Shown piece after piece: positions 63,183 through 64,000 of a stretch of 64,000 nt of DNA. This DNA comes from Squalus acanthias (lineage: Eukaryota), in the NCBI GenBank assembly GCA_030390025.1, contig CM059427.1, forward strand, positions 62,744,001-62,808,000, written 5' to 3'. The notes below the pieces were generated by a model. It made no database searches. It saw only the letters and a list, made by a program, of their open reading frames with translations, and had not been told where the DNA came from. A program made the position numbers and the translations under genes. Numbering within the stretch: the first letter of the stretch is position 1; the number at the start of each line of letters is the position of its first letter.

Positions 63183-64000
63183 CAAAAACAACAACTTGCA
63201 TTCATATAGCATCTTTAACATAGTAAAACATCCCAGGGTGCTTCACACGAGCATTATCAAACAAAATCTGACACCGAGCCACACAAGGTGATATTGGGGC
63301 AGAGCTTTGTCAAACAGGTGGGTTTTAAGGAGCATCTTAAAGGAGGAAAGAGAGGTAGAGAGGCAGAGAGATTAAGGGAGAGAATCCCAGAGCTTAGGCC
63401 CTAGGCAGCTGAAGGCACGGCCGCCAATGGTTGAGCGATTAAAATTGGGGATGCGCAAGAGGCCAGAATTGGAGGGGCGCAGAGATCTCGGAGAGCTGTA
63501 AGACTAGGGGAGTTTACAGAGATAGGGAGGGGGCGCGCGTGCGAGGCCATGGAGGGATTTGAAAACAAGGATGAGGATTTTAAAATTGAGGCGTTGTTCA
63601 ACCGGGAGCCAATGTAGGTCAGCAAGCACAGGGGTGATGAGTGAACGGGACTTGGTGCGAGTTAGGATACGGGCAGCAGAGTATTGGGTGAGCTCAAGTT
63701 TATAGAGGGTGAAAGATGGTAGGCCAGCCAGGAGTGCATTGGAATAGTCAAGTCCAGAGGTAACAAAGGCATGGATGAGAGTTTCAGCAGCAGGTGAGCT
63801 GAGGCAAGGGCAGAGTTGGGCGATGTTACAGGGGTGGAAGTAGGCGGTCTTAGTGATGGTGAGGATATGTGGTCGTAAGCTCAACTTGAGGTCAAATATG
63901 ACAGCAAAATTGTGAACAGTCTGGTTCAGCGTCAGACAGTTGCCAGGGAGAGGGATGGAGTACGGTGGCTAGGGAATGGAGTTTGTGACAATGGCTTCAG
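63183..64000 (-). mobile_element. L2 LINE 3' part (runs off the window)
   Basis: ORF 63504-63884 AETLIHAFVTSGLDYSNALLAGLP...LHWLPV; (aac)n tail. Confidence 0.93.

Overview
Vertebrate genomic DNA, most likely a shark or other cartilaginous fish (inferred from the repeat families). It is intronic or intergenic, and I recognise no host protein-coding exon. Much of the window is layered transposon debris: many CR1 LINE fragments (largest about 2.9 kb, from the APE domain to the 3' tail), L2 and RTE LINEs, and Deu-domain (SacSINE1-like) and other tRNA-derived SINEs. There are also about ten PIF/Harbinger-type MITEs with 3-bp TSDs, a decayed Harbinger with a spliced Myb/SANT gene, one hAT MITE, and two unrelated solo LTRs of about 1.45-1.48 kb with 4-bp TSDs. 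The most notable signal is a set of Penelope-like elements (PLEs) from two families whose pseudo-LTRs carry minimal hammerhead ribozymes. Two of these are tiny, young, inverted insertions with clean TSDs and a shared breakpoint. Nearly all ORFs in the supplied track are TE pseudogene pieces or their antisense frames. Family names come from recalled motifs, not database searches. Boundaries are approximate unless defined by a TSD.
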